The notes beneath the pieces were generated by a model. It had not been told where the DNA came from and made no database searches. It saw only the letters and a program-made list of their open reading frames with translations. From Paramoeba atlantica (taxonomy: Eukaryota; Protista; Discosea), in assembly GCA_977017575.1 (NCBI GenBank), contig CDRNVI010000008.1:232140-296139 (forward strand): a stretch of DNA of 64,000 nucleotides, in the 5' to 3' direction. Both the position numbers and the translations under genes were made by a program. Each line of letters begins with the position of its first letter. Within the stretch, counting starts at the first letter, position 1. Below, in pieces: positions 49,472-62,009 of the stretch.

Positions 49472-49822
49472 CGCTCAATGTTTCAAATAATTTGCAGAAT
49501 TTTGACCCTTCTTTTCCTTAAAAATCTTTCCTATAGCCATCTGGTGTTTTATGAAGCTTTTTATGCAGCAAATCAGCTTAGAATTTCGAGATCTGTTGAA
49601 TGCCGAAGGAATGAGATCACAAGCTCTCACGACACAAATTTTATACTCCAGGTTATGCAAGACCTGGGTGCTATAATCCGAAATGCTCTGATCATGTTCT
49701 TAAACCCTTGGTAGGATGCACCTTGACAGGTTTTGTTTGTTTTTTTGGTAACGAACTTTATCGCAGGGCATCTTCAGATGCCGTGATTCAGGAGTGGCAT
49801 TCTTTCCTTCCTTTCTGAAAAC

Positions 49823-50197
49823 ATCCAATCCAAATCATTCCGGATTGCTCTGGATGGTCACTGGCAAGCCAGACCCTTCACAGACAGATTTGGAAGTTCC
49901 GAGGCCGACGTCCTCTACCAGTTTCCGCTTGCCCAAGGCGGCACCAACGTGATGTTGCCAACACGCTGCGTCGACGAACTGTACGTCAACACGGCTTACC
50001 CAAGAGGTGTAAGCCGGGTAAGGGAGCTGGTTCCCTGAGGGGAGGGTCCGGGACGGTCCTCCGAGTACTGGACCTATTCGGTTATCAGCCAGCCTCTTAG
50101 AGTGAGGCCGCCGGGAATATTGCGATGAGCGGGTTTGAACTCGCCGTCTGAGCACCATGTGCTTCAAACTTTGAATTCTTGCCACTCCGCCACCTCC
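49823..50197 (-). mobile_element. tRNA-derived SINE, full length (in duplication D2)
   Basis: Near-identical to 15511-15903. Confidence 0.9.
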
Positions 50198-50205
50198 GCC
50201 CTAAA

Positions 50206-50321
50206 GAGTACAACACTCAGGGTTCCCGAGCGATCGCTCACCTCAGTACTAACTGAGCCTGGCGGTGCTTAACCTCACAAAGAACAGGATGTGGTGTTTT
50301 CACCGTAGTATGGCCGTACAA
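50206..50321 (-). rRNA. 5S rRNA gene or pseudogene, second copy
   Basis: Identical by eye to 15912-16027. Confidence 0.85.
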
Positions 50322-50659
50322 CCTGCAGGTTGGTGGTTAGATTCCCGCTATCGACAAAACTCGCAACCTGGCGGCCTCACTCAAGGGGAAGCGATCAGGA
50401 GTTCCTCCAAGGCCCATACTCAACCCCGCTCCCCTGGAGGACCGATCTGGAACCGCCGAGCTGAACCAGGCTCCGGCGCAACCGCTAAATTGCGATCTGC
50501 CTACGCAAAGGAGGCTTGAGACACAGCCTAAACGATTCGAGGCGGTTGGACGCCCGTCCTGGTAGCTACGGTTGCGTAGCCGTTCTCGGGCTGCAAGGCG
50601 TCGAGTGCCGTCTTGGAAGGGGGTAGCAAGACAATGAAGGTCAGTGACCTGAAACTCTA

Positions 50660-51308
50660 CCCTAACGGTTGGCGCTGCAGAGCCCTCCGTGTCTTCTTCT
50701 TTTTCTTCTTCTTCATCTTCTTCTTTTTCTTCTTCTTCATCTTCTTCTTCTTCTTCTTCTGCAAGGAATACATAGATGCATTCCTTGGCAATGTTGTGCC
50801 ACATGTTTGGTCATAGCCTCTTTTTCAAGAGGTGTTTCGGAACACCTGGTATGTGTTTTCCGTTTCAAGGACGTTTTCTGTCCAAAGAAAAGCTGTCCAA
50901 AAAAAGCTTCTGCGGGTTTTGTTCGAAAAAAAATTCGTGCGGTATCCCCCCCCCCACTAGAGCCCCCCCATGGACGCCCCCCATGGACCCACCATTTTTT
51001 TCATTTTTTTTTTTTTTGGCCCTTTTTGATCTTTTGCACAAAGTTGAGCTTCGGGATTCGGAAGGTCACTTTCGAGAAGAATAACTTTACAAGAATCACC
51101 AATTGTAATAAGTTGATCGTCATTCGTTCGCTTTTTGTACCTTTTCATGCACTCTTCTTGAGCTTCCGTACTGACTGAAAAATCTTAAAAAGGAAGACGA
51201 TCAATGTAGGAAGACTCATAGAAGTATTTTAGTGTGTCTTCTGGATTGCGCTCAGATGAAGAGAAGAAGAAGAAGACACTGAGGGCTCTGCAGCGCCAAC
51301 CGTTAGGG
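50660..51308. mobile_element. TA-TSD MITE (Tc1/mariner-like), intact
   Basis: About 40-bp TIR CCCTAACGGTTGGCGCTGCAGAGCCCTC(C/A)GTGTCTTCTTCTT. Flanks TCTA|...|TAGA reconstruct a TCTAGA site with TA duplicated. Confidence 0.85.
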
Positions 51309-51319
51309 TAGATCCATAC

Positions 51320-52990
51320 TGATTTTAGTGGATGATCTATCCTTGTGAAGGCGTCTTTGGTACGCTTTTCTGGTGGATACAAAGTGAAGGGTATATCCAC
51401 CAATTCGCCATTTTCCAGTGATTTTCGTTGATGCGCTCGGGAACTGGATGCAAGCCTTCCCGATACATATGAAAATATCTAGGGGATAGTCCTTGGTAAA
51501 GATCAAGTGCCCAGTTAGGAAGCTTGGCATGAATCGTGCTTTCCAATGCTCTGGTTAACTCTTCCCGTTGTTGCGTGATATGTGTAACCCTAGAAACTGA
51601 GTGAGGGCTCAGTTCCGTCCACAGAAGACAATGATAGTGCAGTGCGCCTCCTTTTTGACATTCTACTACACCGAAAAAGGCACGAGGAGCGCCGAAGATA
51701 CCAATACGAACTTCCTGTTCCTTCTGTAAGACTAGTCGACAGCAGCGTGTTGTCAGGACTAGTCGACAGCAGCTTCTAGTCGACGCATCGTGTTGGTAAC
51801 AGCACGTGGTGCCGCCTTGGACAAGCGGAAACTGGTAGAGGACGTCGGCCTCGGAACTTCCAAATCTGTCTGTGAAGGGTCTGGCTTGCGAGCGACCATC
51901 CGGAGCAACCCGGAATGATTATCATCCTCAGTAATAATGCGAAGCCCGAGAATATTGTCATTCATGTTTGGACTTATGGTAATCCAAAACGATGGCAATC
52001 CCAATCTTCTTTAAAGTGCCCATATAAGAGCTTGCGAAGCTTTTCGTTTCCCAGGGGAGAAAGGAAGAGACTGGCTTCACACTTAAACGTAAGGTAAAAA
52101 AGCGTCTTCGAGTATTTTGGATTCCCTTCCGTTTGGATTACGTGCTGCATTTTCCACAAGATCTTGAAAATCAGCCCGGGAACAAAAGTGCATCAGACTT
52201 TGCTGCATATCGCGGTGCATAAGCTTGTGCAGTCGCACTTGATACCGCGGGGCGGAGGAGTACGTAAAACGTAAAAAAGGAATGCAGGACAAAAGAAGGG
52301 TTCATTTCGTAGTCTTGGAAAGTGTTTCCCTTGAAACAAAATTTTTGCATGAGATCAGGAAAACTTCCCAACAAGATCTCTCTCATATCTGCATTGAGAA
52401 GACCCGGGCGCATGGTCATGAGCGGTGCACGTGAAAGATAAGTCTTTGCACTAGTGGCTAGCGAGGGACTATGGTCACCCACAAACGTGTGAGTTACTCT
52501 TCCTCGAGGGTCGCTATGGAGTGTGCTCTATAGCGCCACGTACAACCATGCTGCGCGTCGCATCTTCCCTACCTTCATACAAGGCGCGATCCCAAATTGA
52601 CTCCGCAATTCTTTCGCATTGCACATCAGTGGCAACGTTGATCTTTCCTCGCTCCTTGAGACTTCGTTGTGCTCGGCAAGCCAATTGACCCAGGTGTTAA
52701 TAGTCGTGGCGTTGACTGAAAAATATCGGCTCAATTGTGCGGCGCACAATCTTTGAGAGCGTTTGGTTCTCTTACCGTTCGATACCCATACAATCTGAAC
52801 ATACGTACTTGCTCTCTCAAGATCCGGAACGCGGTCGAGACTCAGAAGCTCAACCGTGTCGCGTGCAGCTGCTGTGTCGTGACCCATAAATTTTGCATCA
52901 CCTCCTAACGAAGCAGCGTAAGCCCCACCAAACTTGTTTACTTCGACATACGTACAATGTACTAATATCTTGCAAAGCAAGATTCTTTCT
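51320..52990 (-). pseudogene. Helitron (Helitron2/Helentron-type) RepHel remnant: Rep/HUH region
   Basis: GIFGAPRAFFGVVECQKGGALHYHCLLW (HUH at 51631-51639) and GLPSFWITISPN (about 51970-52004). Upstream ERILLCK...GHD...YVQIVWVS...FSVNATTINTWVNWLAEHN resembles DUF6570. Multiple frameshifts. Confidence 0.85.
51730..51920 (+). mobile_element. 5'-truncated SINE with reiterated 5' junction, inside the Helitron Rep
   Basis: The SINE 3' half is preceded by two to three iterations of CTAGTCGAC(A)GCAGC. Confidence 0.8.
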
Positions 52991-52991
52991 A

Positions 52992-53339
52992 TAATCCAGG
53001 CTAAAGTGGACGAGGGAGATACTAAAGGCACCTTTGGAAAACCACCACAAAACTGGAACGGTATCACCCGTTAAATACCCTTTTGCCACATCAGAATGCT
53101 CTACAAACCGGGAGATACCGTTCCAGTTTCGAGGTCGTTTCCCAAAGGTGCCATTAGTATCTCCCTCGTCCACTTTAGCCTGGATTACATAGCCATCCGA
53201 ACATGTTCCCTATGGCGCTTTACAGCTTCCCATGCGAGGAAGTCGTCGTCGCCGCGGCAAAAAGACAGAAGGCACCGCCTTCTGCCTTTTTGCCTTGCGC
53301 CTCCTCCTTCCTCTACGGCCTTGCGTGTCACACACTTCC
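52992..53339 (-). repeat. Family B module plus complete foldback (52992-53187)
   Basis: Inverted homolog of 14723-14935; foldback arms TAATCCAGGCTAAAGTGGACGAGGGAGATACTAA. Confidence 0.85.
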
Positions 53340-53970
53340 AGGTAAATTTTGGATTTTGTAGGTGTATTATCGGAACAGGGTGGAGAAATATCGAATGAAG
53401 CCAAAGCGTATACACGTATATAAGGCCCGAAACTCTCAAAAAACGGTCTAGGAGTTGATTTGGGAAAAATATATTTTTTGACTTTCACCCATAATTTTTC
53501 AGTTTTTTTTTTCAAAATTTCAAAAATTGCTATGATCACGCTGGTGGGGAGGGGGGCAGGGGTACCCATCGGAATTGTTGACTCGGAATTTTTAGTGATC
53601 TCGTCACTCAATTCGATTCATACGTCTTCCTTTTTTCCTTGCGCCTCCTCCTTCCTCATCGGCCTTGCGTGTCACACACTTCCGGGCAAATTTTGGATTA
53701 TGTAGGTGTATTATCGGCACCGGGTGGAGAAATATCGAATGAAATCAAAGGGTATACAGGTATAGAAGGCTCCAAACTCTCAAAAAACGCTCTAGGAGTT
53801 GATTTGGGAAAAATATATTTTTTCACTTTCACCCATAAATTCTTATTTTTTTTGCAAAATTTCAAAAATAGATATGATCACCCTGGTGGGGATGGGTGGG
53901 GTGGCAAGGGGTACCCATCGGAGTTGTTGAAAAACTAGTCATCTTGTCATTAAATACGATTCATACGTCT
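53293..53970 (+). repeat. Diverged tandem duplication, period about 344 bp
   Basis: CCTTGCGCCTCCTCCTTCCTC...GATTCATACGTCT at 53293-53627 and 53637-53970. Confidence 0.85.
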
Positions 53971-54059
53971 TTGTAAACTTTTTTTTCGAAAACTCACCTG
54001 AAACGATATCGGGCACGAAATCGGGCCACAAATCGGGCACGAAATCGGGCACGGCGAAT

Positions 54060-54470
54060 TAACCTATGGTAGCGAGGGGGTTTTATCTCCCTCAATAAAC
54101 TAATAATAAACTCGAGGTAGGCTGTCAACTGGAGGCTGCGAAGGGATTGGTTCCGGTAGCCTCTCGTTTTTACATTCAGAGCGTTCACACCGACCGCAGA
54201 GAACCTGTATACGATCAGCTATTTCAGATACAAGGAGAAGGGTAACACACCCATTACAATGCGCGAGACGCTGGAAATTGTCAACGGCTTTTTTGAAGTT
54301 TTCCATGCACTTCTCCTTAGATTCTTCACTGACTGAATGGTTTCAAAGTATTGAAGCCCCTGAGGTGCGTGAGTGGAAACACTCATTCATCTCGCCACTG
54401 GAAGGTGGCCAGCTCACTCGACCAAGAAAAGCCTGCCGGTTGGACACCGGGTGGTGGTCGAGGCGGCTGT
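54060..54470 (-). pseudogene. Probable upstream fragment of the Helitron RepHel ORF
   Basis: RVSWPPS...SEESKEKCMENFKKAVDNFQRLAHCNGC...LCGRC...FIEGDKTPSLP resembles the Cys-containing region before DUF6570. Weak match. Confidence 0.45.
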
Positions 54471-54513
54471 GGCAAAGATTTCTCCATAAAATAAAAAATA
54501 AAATAAAAATCTT

Positions 54514-54546
54514 TAACGATAAAGATACAGTTTCTGTACCTTGTTG
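54514..54546 (+). other. Spliced-leader (mini-exon)-like relic
   Basis: TAACGATAAAGATACAGTTTCTGTACCTTGTTG contains the ACAGTTTCTGTAC core and TTG end of kinetoplastid/diplonemid SL exons (recalled). No GT donor follows. Confidence 0.65.
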
Positions 54547-56490
54547 AATTATTTTCCTTATCTCATACCTTTCCATATGATACCATATATGGTGTTTCCT
54601 CTTCAGCCCTCACCTGTGTAAATGCAAAAACTGGCAACGTCCGTTTTTGTAACGATTTGAACTTTTTGTCTGTGTTCAGTGGGGTCATGTTTCGTCTTTT
54701 GGAGCAGGATTTTTCTTCCAAACCACGGAAAAAAAAGGAGGCGTTTCCGTCAGACTGTTGAGAAGCTTTTTTCGCAAGCCAGTCCGATGTGTCATTATGT
54801 GGGTTCCCTTCATGCCCCCTAACCTTGATGATGAACACGCGTCGGTCAGCTTCTAATTGAAAGCAGACACGATGTATCTTTGATAAGAGGTCCGAATTTT
54901 CAAATTGGTGAAACCCGAATAGAGAAAACCTGTTCCGAATCACATGGAAAAATTCCCATACATACGCAGAGCCTGTGTGAATGATAATATCCTTCTCATG
55001 CTTCATTGCCATCTGCAGAGCCTCATAGACAGCATAAAGTTCCGCAGCTGTTATTGTGAGTGATATTTCTGACGGAGGTTTTAGTCCTACAAGTGTCTTT
55101 TCTACCCGATTGCCCAATAACACAATACCGCAACCTGATGAAATTCCTGTTTTCGTTGTTCTTAATGCGCCGTCTGTGTATAAATGCAAGGAAGTGAAAA
55201 GGCACCGCACCTTCTTCTACGAATTGTAATGACGAGTAGACTTTTTGCTTCATTGAATCCTGTTTGGTTTTTTCCCATCTTGGAGATTCTATAGGAAGAT
55301 AATTCGGACGTGGCTCAAGGCGCGCCTTTAAACGATCAACATTAGAGCGCCAGCGTGTTCTGTCTTTAGAAATTTGAATAACATCGGGAACAGACAAGCC
55401 TAGATCATCGGAACAAGATTCAGACAGACAGGTTTGCGTCTTTCGTTTACGTTCTCGCCAGAGAATCGCCACACTGAAAGGAGAATCGTGTCGAAGAAGA
55501 TGGCCTATAAGCTGCGCTCTCTGCATTTTCGCCACCGTGCTAAGCTCTGAATCATTTTGGTACAGAGCTTCTGTTCGAATACCCCTTTTCCCATCCCAAG
55601 TACGGCCTACACCACACACCATTCTGCGCATTTTGTTTACCTCAATATCTAATTCCCGGAGCCTATTGGTTGATATATCCCATGTTCCTAAATTATACCC
55701 AGATTGAAAGGGGCGAGGGAGATACGAAGCAACAGGCGTGGCAGATTCCCACTGATAAGAAATGGTACCCCCGCACGAGAAAAGCCTTTGCGCTTTCTAG
55801 CTCGGAGACAAACTTCGTGCGGGAGATATCATTTCTTTTCAGTGGGAATCTGCCACGCCTGTTGCTTCGTATCTCCCTCGCCCCTTTCAATCTGGGTTAT
55901 ACGGCGGGCCTTTCGAGGCGGTGCAGACCCGCTGGCGCGGGTGGTGCTTTACCTCGTGACAAGTAATCTTAAAGGAAACAAGCTTCTGAAATCTTTTTTT
56001 TGAAGGACCCGCCCGGCTAACATTTTGCCTCTGGGAGGTCTATGTTCGATTCTACTTACGTCTTGTTTATGTTAAGCATTGAGCCCTTTATGTTGTACTT
56101 TAATAATGCAAAAGTGCACCTATGGGCACGTTCACTGGCTCAGTGAGACGGAACCGAGGTTCCCCCAACACTTACACCAGGTCGTGCATACGGAACATTT
56201 CGTTCGTTGACAGTTCTTTATGTATCTCTGCTTGTTTGGCCAACAGGCATTAAGCTCAGACGCCACGTCAAGGCGAGAGATAATTGTCTGAGGACCCTCT
56301 TCTCACGAAGAAGGTATTCAAAATGAATGTGATTTTCGTATCAATTTGCTCTAATTTCTTTTCTATTTTCCACTGTACATTTCTTGTTCCACTGTATTTC
56401 TTGTTCTTCGCTCTTTTGCCCATACCGCTTCTACCGATTCCCGGCTGACGATCTGAGCAAGTTCCGTACGAGACAGTTCAGACTGTGGTC

Positions 56491-56611
56491 ACCCTTCCAC
56501 AACATGGCCAGCTGGCCACCCTTCCACAACATGGCCAGCTGGCCACCCTTCCACAACATGGCCAGCTGGCCACCCTTCCACAACATGGCCAGCTGGCCAC
56601 TCTTCCACAAC
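56491..56611 (+). repeat. 27-bp tandem repeat, about 4.5 copies
   Basis: CCCTTCCACAACATGGCCAGCTGGCCA repeated; about one copy in X copy 1 (about 3381-3406). Confidence 0.9.
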
Positions 56612-56679
56612 ACTCTCCCACCCCCGTGGGACTCACTCAGTGGACTCACTCAACGTGAGCCACTGCCCCACGTGGCAGT

Positions 56680-57670
56680 GATCTGACTCTCTCACGTGCC
56701 ACTGTAGGTACAGTGCCGATGCAGTCACTACCTTACGTGGCAGTACTCTCACTCTCTCACGTGCTACTGCAGCTGCACTGCATCACTGCAGTCACTGCCT
56801 CACGTGGCATTGCCTCTCACTCTGCCACTGTACCTACACTGCAATCACTGCCTCACGTGGCAGTACTCTCACTCTCTCACGTGCTACTGCAGCTACACTG
56901 CAGTCACTGCCTCACGTGACACTACTCTTACTCTCGCACGTGCCAATACAGCTGCACTGCATCACTGCCTCACGGGGCACTGCTCTCACTCTCCCACGTG
57001 CTACTGCAGCTACACTGCAGTCACTGCCTCACGTGGCAGTACTCTCACTCTCTCACGTGCTACTGCAGCTGCACTGCATCACTGCAGTCACTGCCTCACG
57101 TGGCAGTAACCTTACTCTCTCACGTGCCACTGTAGCTACACTGCAGTCACTGACTCTCTCACATTCCACTGTATCTACACTGCATTCACTGCCTCACGTG
57201 GCAGTAATCTTACTCTCTCACGTGCCACTGTAGCTACACTGCAGTCACTGACTCTCTCACATTCCACTGTATCTACACTGCATTCACTGCCTCACGTGGC
57301 AGTAATCTTACTCTCTCACGTGCCGCTGCAGCTGCGCTGCATCACTGCAGTCACTGCCTCACGTGGCACTACTCTTACTCTCTCACTCGCCACTGCAGCT
57401 ACACTGCATCACTGCAGTCACTGCCTCACATGGCAGTGCACTTACTCTCGCACGTGCCACTGCAGCTGCACTGCATCACTGCAGTCACTGCCTCACATGG
57501 CAGTGCACTTACTCTCTCACGTGCCACTGCAGCTACACTGCATCACTTCAGTCACTGCCTCACATGGCAGTGCACTTACTCTCTCACGTGCCACTGCAGC
57601 TGCACTGCATCACTGTGCAATCACTGCCTCACGTGGCACTGCTCTCATTCTCTCAAGGTCCACTGTAGCT
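56680..57670 (-). repeat. Minisatellite of element X copy 2
   Basis: Reverse complement of the CACGTG/GCAGTG minisatellite. Confidence 0.9.
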
Positions 57671-57844
57671 ACACACTGTACCACTCGGACCTGCACATTA
57701 TTTTTCTCTCTATATATATACAAAATGCAAACCGTGTTTTTGGTGGCCAGCTGGCCACTTTTTTCAAGAAAAAAAAATCTGAAAAAAAAAATCGTTCCGA
57801 ATTTATTTTTTTCGCGATTTTGAGTAAATAATTTTTTTTGTTCA

Positions 57845-57922
57845 AAAATGTCGATGCCGGGAATCGAACCGCGGACATCCAGCGTCAAAATGGAACCCCT
57901 TTACCAACTGGACTACTCAAAG
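57845..57922 (-). promoter_or_regulatory. tRNA-derived Pol III cassette in X copy 2
   Basis: B box at 57860-57870, A box at 57904-57915, T5 downstream. Confidence 0.7.
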
Positions 57923-58476
57923 GACTCTCCTTAGTCAACCAGTTTGTCGTATCGCAGACCTTTGCAGACGCACTTTTTTTTTACCAAAAGTGTTCTACAA
58001 TTTGGGAAATGAGGTCGTTGTAGATGATTTTTCGAGTATTAAAGAGTTCATCTAATGAGCTACTGCTAAGTTTTAAAATTTTGAAAAAACTCGATCTCTC
58101 GCTTCTTTGAGGAGCATTTTCAAGTTTTGGAATTAACCTTAGTAAGCGAGTTAGATACTCCGTATCTCCCTCAATTGCACTACTGGCATCACAAGTGTAC
58201 GGAATACTGTCATACGGCTCGAGATTGGCAAAGGTGATTTCCAGATCGGCCTAAGTTTATGCATCAATGCCCACCCAAGTCTCATTCGTTCATTGGGTGC
58301 AACATTTCGATCTTCGCTTTCTTGCTTGTTTCCTAGGTAGCGGTATTTGTAAACTCTGGGGATATGCCCTATACTCGGTATTATGAGTTCGCCCCCGCTA
58401 TCAGAAACCTTTCCAACAGTCATCCAAGCAGTTTTATTGACCCCCAAGTTAATACTGAGGTTTGCGTTCCGAGCAG

Positions 58477-58496
58477 TTTTTGGATTTGGATTTTTG
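58477..58496 (+). mobile_element. 20-nt SINE tail-only insertion with 11-bp TSD
   Basis: GTTCCGAGCAG|TTTTTGGATTTGGATTTTTG|GTTCCGAGCAG. The empty site is present in LINE copy 1 (about 18972). Confidence 0.85.
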
Positions 58497-59428
58497 GTTC
58501 CGAGCAGCTCGGTAAAGACTCTCTAACATGTCAGCGAGTTCTACTTTAGATGAGGCAAATAAGACTATATCATCGGCGTAGTCGATATCCGAGATACGCA
58601 AATGTTTCTCACCACGGCTTTTCGATCCTTTAGAATATGTTATTAAACCAGACCCTTTAGCATCGAGCGCTTCTGCCAATATCCGATCGAGTACCATGAT
58701 AAACAGATAGGGTGCGAGAAAGTCTCCTTGCAGAGTACCATTGCTAATTGAAAAAGATTCCGTGTTTCCGTACGGTGTCCTTACGAATGATTTTAGACCG
58801 TCATACATACTCATAATCACTTTCGAAACGTTTTCCGGTATATGGAAAGAATGAAGTGCTTCGCGTATGGCAGAAAAAGAAACTGATGGGAAAGCTTGTT
58901 TAAAATCCACAAATGACCGCAACTCCTTCACCCCTCAAGGCCTTGGCGGTGATTTCCACGAAAGTAGCTTGAGCACCAGCAGTCGACCTATGTGGACGAA
59001 AACCGAACTGATTCGGCCTAAGCATGTTTTCTACCGCTGGTTGGATTCGTTCGAGTACCATCCGATTCATTATCTTTACCACGTGATTAACAATGCACAC
59101 CGGCCGCCAGTTAGATAGAATACCCAAATTTCCCTTTTTTGGAAGCGGAACTTGAAGTATCGTTTTCCACTTATCTGAAACAGCCCCCGTTTCTCGGACA
59201 TCATTTATTATTTGAAGTAACGTCCCCATCAATCCGTCATGCGAGTTCAAAGATCGTAAAGCTTCGACTGGGATGTCGTCGGAAACAGCCGCCTTTCCGC
59301 CCTTTACCTTCTGCAGAGCTTTGCGCAGCTCATGGAGGTTGAACTCTTTATCATTTATCACAATCATGCTCTTTGTCGATAGGGGAAAATTCAAATTTTC
59401 TACCTTTGTCAGCTCTTGCTTTCCAATT

Positions 59429-59850
59429 GGGGGAGGTGGCGGAGTGGCACCCCCCATTGTCCAATGGGGGAGGTGGCGGAGTGGCAAGAACTCAAAGTTT
59501 GAAGCACATGGTGCTTAGACGGCGAGTTCAAACCCGCTCATCGCAATATTCCCGGCGGCCTCACTCTAAAAGGCTGGGCTGATAACCGACTAGGCCCAGT
59601 ACTCGGAGGACCGTTCCGGACCCTCCCCTCAGGGAACCAGCTCCCTTACCCGGCTTACACCTCTTGGGTAAGCCGTGTTGGCGTACAGTTCGTCGACGCA
59701 GCGTGTTGGTAACCGCACGTTTGTGTCGCCTTGGACAAGCGGAAACTGGTAGAGGACGTCGGCCTCGGAACTTCCAAATCTGTCTGTGAAGGGTCTGGCT
59801 TGCCAGTGACCATCCGGAGCAATCCGGAATGATTTGGATTTTTGGATTTG
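59429..59850 (+). mobile_element. SINE with duplicated head, inserted in the LINE
   Basis: TSD TCCAATT (59422-59428, 59851-59857). An abortive head at 59429-59449 precedes the full head at 59466. Confidence 0.9.
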
Positions 59851-60836
59851 TCCAATTGCCTGAAAATGATTCTTTACAGTAGAAAGGCTATCCTGAGCAG
59901 TATCCCCAAACAAAGAAAATTCCTTACGATTGTCTCCTACAATGTTACGTATGGTGCGATATGCGCTCTTTGGGCGTTTGCATAAATCTTCTTCTAGGAC
60001 TTTACATTCCTCCGTTATGCTTTTATAGATCTGTTCTGCATGTGCTTTCGCAAAATTATCAAATTTGCGCTGATTCCTAGACACCCTTAATATAGTTTTC
60101 ATGACAAAACTCCAGGGATCAGACGTATCATTCGCAGCTCTATTTATATTGTTATCAGTAACGCGTAGAGGTAGTTTTCCGGAAGCTTCCTTCACAGCCG
60201 TAGATAATTTATCCCACAGTAATGGCCCAATCTCATCATCTCTCGATCTCTTGTTTCCCCCATCCATTGCCACCTCCACATTTTTGATGAAGGCATCTTT
60301 TATGCCCTCATTTCGAAGAGATCCCCAAAACGGTTTTCGGTTTCCCGCATTACTTTTGGCTTTCCATCGTATTTTTAGATCCGCAATCACAACACAATGT
60401 CGCGTGGTGCCAGTAGCACCTTCTGAGAACGAATGGGAGAACAAAAGCGATTGTTTGTAATAATATGATCCATCTGCTTCGTGAGTCCAAGTGGATGCTT
60501 CGAAGTAGGGGGAAACCGATACGTCCATTTTCTCTCCGCACTGCAACATTCATGTGCGGATTTCGCTCCAATTCATAGTAGAAACTTCTTAAATTCTCGT
60601 GTTCGTTTAGAAGAACGCTTTTTCCCCATAGATGTTTGCAGGGGAGAGTTCATATCCCCACAGATGATTTTCAGCGAGCTTTCGGAGTCATGCCATGCGT
60701 CAAAGAGTTCTTCATCAAACTCAGATTGCGTAGTTTTCTTTGCTCCTGCTGTAGGGGAATAAACGTTGAATACGCTTGCATTAATATCTCGAACTTTCAT
60801 TGTACCCCGCATTATTCGATCATTGATTTTGTCAAC

Positions 60837-61223
60837 GGGGAGGTGGCGGAGTGGCAAGAACTCAAAGTTTGTAGCACATGGTGCTCAGACGGCGAGTTCA
60901 AACCCGCTCATCGCAATATTCCCGGCGGCCTCACTCTAAGAGGCTGGGCTGATAACCGACTAGGCCCAGTACTCGGAGGACCGTCCCGGACCCTCCCCTC
61001 AGGGAACCAGCTCCCTTACCCGGCTTTAACCTCTTTGGTAAGCCGTGTTGACGTACAGTTTGTCGACGCAGCGTGTTGGTAACAGCACGTTGTTGCCGCC
61101 TTGGACAAGCGGAAACTGGTAGAGGACGTCGGCCTCGGAACTTCCAAATCTTTCTGTGAAGGATCTGGCTTGCCAGTGACCATCCGGAGCAATCCGGAAT
61201 GATTTTGATTTTTTTTGGATTTG
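60837..61223 (+). mobile_element. tRNA-derived SINE, full length, inserted in the LINE APE domain
   Basis: TSD GATTTTGTCAAC (60825-60836, 61224-61235). Confidence 0.92.
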
Positions 61224-62009
61224 GATTTTGTCAACATTCATTGGTAAAAGACTTAAAATCGCCATCCCGTTATACCCCTTAACGGCACTCATAAAATATA
61301 GATGAATATTCATGTCACCCAGATAGAGCCGACAGTGGATAACGGCTCTTCGCTTTCAAACGACAAACGCGTTTCCTGCAGGGTCATTATGGTAACACCG
61401 TAACTCCGCATGAATGCCACGGCCTGGTGTAGACGATAACTGCGACGTAGAGCAAATGCGTCCGCGGACTTGCATTTCAATGTGTCCACATTTAGGGTGC
61501 TTACCACAAACCCCCCTCTCATAGCTTGAATCTTGGGTCTCTGCTCTCGGGCGCCACGCCGAAAACAGGTTTTGAGCTTCCGATTGCGTCCGTGCAATGA
61601 TTTTGGGAGTATTCCAACCCTGCCGCCCAGCACATGGACACGTTCATCTCTCGGTGGAAACGGGAGGAGCCGTCCATTCATCAAGTCGTACTTAACAAGC
61701 CAATTAGACCCGCCAAGCGAAGAATGAACAACCCCTTCCCAAAGTGCAATGCGTTCGCGGTAGGCCATGCGCCAAACAACAGCCACACGTTTTCCAACTC
61801 CAAAAACCATCGACATCTGCAAAAGGGCCTGCTGCCGGAGTTTTATTACACCACCCCTCTGCTTTGGTTGCAAAAAGAGGTTGCCCCGACCACACCTGGC
61901 CGTTAGGAGTTTGTCACGAACTTCCAACAAACCATCGAACGGTCCGGAGGCCTCCGCCATTTTGTATCAACGTATTAATAAAAAAAGTGATCTTAATACA
62001 AAAAGTGAT

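Larger units (their letters stand above)
55698..58174 (-). mobile_element. Element X copy 2, inserted into the LINE without a TSD
   Basis: Removing it restores AATTATA|TTGCAC exactly as in LINE copy 1 (18674-18686). Same termini, foldback (55698-55896), minisatellite and tRNA-like cassette as copy 1. Confidence 0.85.
54591..62009 (-). mobile_element. Non-LTR retrotransposon copy 2 (APE-RT-RNase H), near full length, 3'-truncated, with four nested insertions
   Basis: ATG 61960; APE motifs TLNV, LQETR, VYSPT, ICGDMN, TWTH; RT motifs LPKKG...WRPVC, NQFGFRPHRST, FVDFKQAF, GTLQGDFLAPYLF, YADD; RNase H LYTDGA...GHEGNPHN. Ends 5' in two 18-bp units. Confidence 0.92.
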
